Below, one piece after another: positions 60,229 to 64,000 of a stretch of 64,000 nt of DNA. A model generated the notes under the pieces. The model saw only the letters and a list, made by a program, of their open reading frames with translations. It was not told where the DNA came from and searched no databases. The DNA is from Candidatus Latescibacterota bacterium. Its GTDB lineage: Bacteria; Latescibacterota; UBA2968; UBA8231. The position numbers and the translations under genes are program-made. Within the stretch, counting starts at the first letter, position 1; the number at the start of each line of letters is the position of its first letter. The DNA is taken from assembly GCA_036336855.1 (NCBI GenBank), contig JAYZFI010000031.1, positions 8,240 to 72,239 of the forward strand, read 5' to 3'.

Positions 60229-61772
60229 TTGAGACCGTACTCGTCGAGCTTGCGATACAGGGTGCGCACCCCGATGCCGAGTAACTCTGCCGCCTTTCGA
60301 CGGTTGTCCCTCACTTCCTGCAGGGCTTTCACGATGGCGTCGCGCTCGAGCTCTTTCAGCGAACGCACGCCTTCCTCGGCGGGCTCTGCCGCCGGTTCTA
60401 CAATGCGGCCTTTTAGGGGCGAGGCGTCCATGGCGTCGAGCTCCACGGGGGTGTCGGTCCTCACCATGGGGTAGACGGCGCGTCTGCTGGCGGCGGAAGC
60501 GTCCACCCCAGATTCCATCAAGTGGCGCAATTCGGCGACTTCCCGTTTGAGGTCGAGGAGAGCGAAGTAGATGAGCTCGCGCTCGGATTGATCGGGGGTC
60601 TTGTTGGTCGCTACCGGCAGGTGGCGATGGGCGGAGACGACGTCTCTTTCGAGATGGGGAAAGAGGTCTTCCGGGATTACCTGACGGCGCGGACCGAGGA
60701 AAACGAGATGCTCCACCAGATTGCGCAGCTCGCGCACGTTGCCGGGCCATCCATATTCGAGTAACACCTGCAGCGCCTCATGACTGAATCCGGCAAAACC
60801 CCGCGTCTTGCTGCTCTGGGTGTGCAATTCGACGAAGTGATCGAGAAGCAGCTCGATATCTTCGCGTCGCTGGCGCAGCGGCGGCAGCGACAGCTCCACC
60901 ACCTTGAGTCGATAGTAAAGGTCACGACGGAACTCGCCGCTCTCGAGGGCATCGCGCAGGTCGCGGTTGCTGGCGGCGATAACGCGTACGTCCACGGGCA
61001 GCTCGCGATCACCGCCGACCCGGGTGACTTTGCGATCTTCGAGGACCCGCAGTAGCCGCACCTGGGCCGACAGGCTCATCTCACCAATCTCGTCGAGGAA
61101 CACAGTGCCACCGTCGGCCTGCTCGAAGATACCGCGGTGGCGCTCGCGGGCGTCGGTGAAGGCGCCCTTCTCGTGACCGAAGAGCTCGTTCTCTAGCAGA
61201 TTTTCTGGGATGGCGGCACAGTTGATGGGCCGGAAGGGCATATCGTCGCGGCCTCCGTAATGATGCAAAGTCTGGGCGACGACATCTTTGCCGGTGCCGC
61301 TCTCGCCTGTGATGAGAACACTCATCGGTGTCGGGGCGACTAGGAGAATCTGGTCGCGCAAGGACTGGATGATCGGCGACTGCCCCACCAGGCGGTCTTG
61401 GAGGAAGCGACCCCGCTCACACAGGTCGTCGACGGCGACGCGCAGATCGTCGGGGGCAAAGGGCGCGCGCACCGCGCGCTCTAGCGGCGAGCCCCGCGAT
61501 AGCCGGTCCCAGACCTCGGTAACGCCAGTAGTGAGGACAAGGACGGGAAGGTCGGGGCGTTCGGCGAGCTTGCCGGCGATGGCTTGCAGGGAACGGGTGG
61601 GCAGGCCGAGATCGATAAGAAGCAGATCGGCGCCTCGGTCAAGTAGCGCCGGCAGTAGTGCTGCTTCGCGCACCTCGATCACCTCCCGCCGGGGAGTCTC
61701 CAGGGCCTCGTTGACGGCGTTGCAGACGCGGCGATCCTGGGTAAGCAGAAGGAGGCGGATGTCGCGGGCCAT
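60225..61772 (-). CDS. Sigma-54-dependent response regulator (NtrC family enhancer-binding protein)
   Basis: 515 aa. Receiver domain (DLLLIDLGLP), AAA+ domain (VLITGESGTGKDVVAQ, ELFGHEKGAFTDA, i.e. the GAFTGA loop reads GAFTDA), and a C-terminal Fis-type HTH (AAELLGIGVRTLYRKL). Confidence 0.88.
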   Translation of the reverse strand: MARDIRLLLLTQDRRVCNAVNEALETPRREVIEVREAALLPALLDRGADLLLIDLGLPTRSLQAIAGKLAERPDLPVLVLTTGVTEVWDRLSRGSPLERAVRAPFAPDDLRVAVDDLCERGRFLQDRLVGQSPIIQSLRDQILLVAPTPMSVLITGESGTGKDVVAQTLHHYGGRDDMPFRPINCAAIPENLLENELFGHEKGAFTDARERHRGIFEQADGGTVFLDEIGEMSLSAQVRLLRVLEDRKVTRVGGDRELPVDVRVIAASNRDLRDALESGEFRRDLYYRLKVVELSLPPLRQRREDIELLLDHFVELHTQSSKTRGFAGFSHEALQVLLEYGWPGNVRELRNLVEHLVFLGPRRQVIPEDLFPHLERDVVSAHRHLPVATNKTPDQSERELIYFALLDLKREVAELRHLMESGVDASAASRRAVYPMVRTDTPVELDAMDASPLKGRIVEPAAEPAEEGVRSLKELERDAIVKALQEVRDNRRKAAELLGIGVRTLYRKLDEYGLK

Positions 61773-61790
61773 AGCGCTAGGCGAGGGGGC

Positions 61791-62453
61791 CTACTGGGAT
61801 CCGTCGCGAAGAATGGTGATGGATCGGCCTTTGGTGATGATGTAGCCCTGGTTCTCTAACCGCTTGAGCACCCGGGACACGGTCTCGCGGGTGGTACCTG
61901 ACATATTGGCCAGTTGCTGGTGGGTAGGTCGCGATTCCAGGGTGACCCCCTTCTTGGTCTGCGATCCCTGCTCGTCGGCCAGCTGAAGGAGGGTCTCGGA
62001 GACACGGCTGGTGACGTCGAGCAGGGCAAGCCCCTCGATCTTGAGGTCCGTTTTGCGCAGTCGCGCCGCCAACTCGGCGAGCAGGCCGATGGCGATCTGC
62101 GGTACCTTGTAAATGAGTTGGAGAAAGTCGGAACGCCGCACCATGTAGAGTTCGGTGTCTTCGGTGGCCACTACGTTGGCCGAGCGAGGCTTGCCGTCTA
62201 GCAGGGAAAGTTCGCCGAACACGGCGCCTTCGCCGAGCAGCGAGAGGATGACCTCGCGACCGTTCTCGGAAACGATGCTGACTTTCACCTGGCCAGAGGA
62301 GATGATGAACAGCGAGTCTCCCTCCTCTTCAGCGAGGATGATAACTTGGTCCTTGTCATACGATCGGGCGATGGTCACTCGCTCGATGGCGACGAAGTTG
62401 TCCTCGTCGAGGTCTTCAAAGAGCGGGATATTGCGGAGTAGTGCCGTATCCAT
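61791..62453 (-). CDS. Crp/Fnr family transcriptional regulator
   Basis: 220 aa. cNMP-binding domain (FGELSLLDGKPRSANVVA) and a C-terminal HTH (TRETVSRVLKRLENQGYI). Confidence 0.88.
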   Translation of the reverse strand: MDTALLRNIPLFEDLDEDNFVAIERVTIARSYDKDQVIILAEEEGDSLFIISSGQVKVSIVSENGREVILSLLGEGAVFGELSLLDGKPRSANVVATEDTELYMVRRSDFLQLIYKVPQIAIGLLAELAARLRKTDLKIEGLALLDVTSRVSETLLQLADEQGSQTKKGVTLESRPTHQQLANMSGTTRETVSRVLKRLENQGYIITKGRSITILRDGSQ

Positions 62454-62462
62454 GCGTAATCC

Positions 62463-64000
62463 TTACTCCGAACCACGCGGAGAGGGGGGCGCCCCGGTAA
62501 GATTCAGCTGGTCGATGCGGCGCTGGGCGAGCTTGGCGTAGTCGCTGTTGTTGCCCTCGCGCTGGATGATTCGCTCATAGATGGTGCGGGCCGTTGCGGC
62601 TTCGTCGAGCTCCTCGTGACAGGCGGCGCGTTCGAAGTCGGCGGAGTTGATCCAGCCGGCGGAGGCGTCGTTGCCGTGGAAGGAGACGCTGTAGAAGAAC
62701 TGAATCGCTTCGCGGTAGCGCCCGGTGTTTTGGTAACACTCGCCAATATAGAACCGGGCTTCGGCGGCGTCGTTGCCCACTAGCTCGTCGAGCACCTTCT
62801 CGAGTTGAGCGATGGCGTCGGCGTACTGGCCGGTTTCCTTGAGGATGTAGCCAATCTCCAACGGTAACTCGCCGATGCGGGGATGCCCGGGAAAGTCGTC
62901 GACGATGCGGCGCGCCACGCGCATGGCGTCGGTCCACTCGAAGAGGCGCTCGTAACTCTCCAACAATTTCCACACTGCATCGTGCTTCTGCTCGAGGGTG
63001 GCCAAGGATGCGTCGACGACGCTGCGGTAGGCACCGGCGGCGGGCAGCATCCTGCCAATCGTGAAATGGAAATTGGCCAGACGTAAGTAGACGTCGGGAG
63101 CAAAGGGACTGGCGCCATGGCGAGAGACGAAGTCGGACTGCGCCTTGAGCGCCCTGGCGATACCTTCCTCCGATGGTTCACTACGCCCCTGATCCCAGCG
63201 CGCCGTCGCAGCGTAAAACGCGGCGGCGCCCCACGGATCGGCGGCGATGCGGCGCAGCAGCAGGGGGGCATCAGTGACGGGAACAGGGGCACTGGCGGTG
63301 TCTTTGTCGCCGATGTCGTCGAGAATCTTTAGGGCGCGCTCATAATCGCGTTGTTGCAGCAAATGGCGCGCCTCGTGGATGCGGAACAATGACGGCCAGT
63401 TGCCGACGTCCGTGCCGTCGAAGCGTCTGTCGAATTGACGCGCCGCCTTGCGGCCCTCGTCGACGCGGCCAAGCTCGAAAAGACAGAGAACACGCCGGGC
63501 AACGAGCTCGGCATCGGCACCCTCGGCATCGGCCAAGAGTGCGTAGGCGGTCAGTGCCGGATTCCACTGGTTGTCGGCAAAGAGCAAATCAGCGGCGTGC
63601 CGTGCGGCGTCGGCGGCCAGGGGCCCGTTTCTTATGCGGTGGAAGGACTCGATCGCCTCGGTTGGGCGGTTCAGGCGGCGTAGCAGCTGGCCGCGCTCGA
63701 AGTGCAGGCTATCGGTGGCGCTGGCACCGGCGGCGAGCAGTTCGTCGTAAACCCGTAGGGCGCCCCGGAGGTCGTTCTGCCCGGCCAGAGCCCGGGCCAG
63801 GCGTTGCCGCAGGCCGCCTTGAACATCTCCGGCGGGGTCGCTGTCGGCGAGATGCCTGAAGGAATCGGCAGCGCGGAGAAAGTCCCCGAGCTCGAGATAT
63901 GCGTTAGCGAGCTCTTCCTTGGCGGCGCGCCGGCGGTCGAAGGCGGGAAAGGCGAGCAACAGTTCGCTGAGCCGAGCCGCACTCTCCTGCGGCCGGCCGC
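62463..64000 (-). CDS. Tetratricopeptide repeat protein (5' end beyond the window)
   Basis: The frame stays open upstream of the track start (TTG at 63959) to the window edge, so the gene is partial. Repeated TPR-like A/L/Y/G patterns (e.g. AEARFYIGECYQNTGRYREAIQFF). Confidence 0.75.
   Translation of the reverse strand, partial: GRPQESAARLSELLLAFPAFDRRRAAKEELANAYLELGDFLRAADSFRHLADSDPAGDVQGGLRQRLARALAGQNDLRGALRVYDELLAAGASATDSLHFERGQLLRRLNRPTEAIESFHRIRNGPLAADAARHAADLLFADNQWNPALTAYALLADAEGADAELVARRVLCLFELGRVDEGRKAARQFDRRFDGTDVGNWPSLFRIHEARHLLQQRDYERALKILDDIGDKDTASAPVPVTDAPLLLRRIAADPWGAAAFYAATARWDQGRSEPSEEGIARALKAQSDFVSRHGASPFAPDVYLRLANFHFTIGRMLPAAGAYRSVVDASLATLEQKHDAVWKLLESYERLFEWTDAMRVARRIVDDFPGHPRIGELPLEIGYILKETGQYADAIAQLEKVLDELVGNDAAEARFYIGECYQNTGRYREAIQFFYSVSFHGNDASAGWINSADFERAACHEELDEAATARTIYERIIQREGNNSDYAKLAQRRIDQLNLTGAPPSPRGSE

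Noticed and set aside
60229-60750. N-terminal 174-aa extension of the HtrA track ORF (58780..60750)
   Set aside because: It overlaps the 3' third of the sigma-54 activator gene in another frame and is Arg/Pro/Gly-rich junk. The GTG at 60228 gives a proper signal peptide and a GTGA stop-start junction.

Overview
GC-rich bacterial chromosome segment centred on the replication origin. I see no transposase or integrase, CRISPR array, rRNA or obvious prophage content. Left to right: a double MBL-fold hydrolase; two tandem SthA-like flavoproteins; a sulfatase; a sugar-type ABC importer; a GT4 glycosyltransferase; heme A synthase; a tRNA cluster (Ser-TGA, Ser-GCT, Gln-CTG). The origin core is gyrA-gyrB-dciA(DUF721)-recF-dnaN on the minus strand, a very AT-rich 0.6-kb oriC with DnaA boxes, then dnaA. 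On the plus strand diverge rpmH-rnpA-yidD-yidC-mnmE-rsmG, with two parS palindromes at the 5' end of rsmG. A second dense DnaA-box cluster follows, then a CDP-alcohol phosphatidyltransferase, tmk, an S41 protease, RNase G, rplU-rpmA, an E. coli-type frdABCD, a convergent Bacillus/Bacteroides-type sdhCAB, and sucCD. From 43.3 kb to the window end all genes are on the minus strand: CPBP protease, diheme cytochrome c, GT2, GT4, two lipoproteins, two tandem BFN+UVR proteins, a ccm operon, a methyltransferase, an M24 peptidase, HtrA, a sigma-54 activator, a Crp/Fnr regulator and a 5'-truncated TPR protein. Many track ORFs carry spurious N-terminal extensions. I trimmed them using signal peptides, family N-termini and the recurrent 4-nt ATGA/GTGA stop-start overlaps seen at 12 junctions. 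Most interesting: (1) a variant System I cytochrome c maturation operon with a cysteine-type CcmE (AKCPSKY instead of HDENY), no ccmG/H, and two uncharacterised coupled genes between ccmF and ccmA; (2) a second DnaA-box cluster 6 kb from oriC, just upstream of the promoter of the tmk-containing operon; (3) a mirror-symmetric DnaA-box/trinucleotide module inside oriC; (4) rpmH and rnpA in the same frame, separated by a single TGA, with no canonical start before RnpA-like sequence begins; (5) parS sites without adjacent parAB. All functional calls rest on by-eye motif recognition; no database search was possible.
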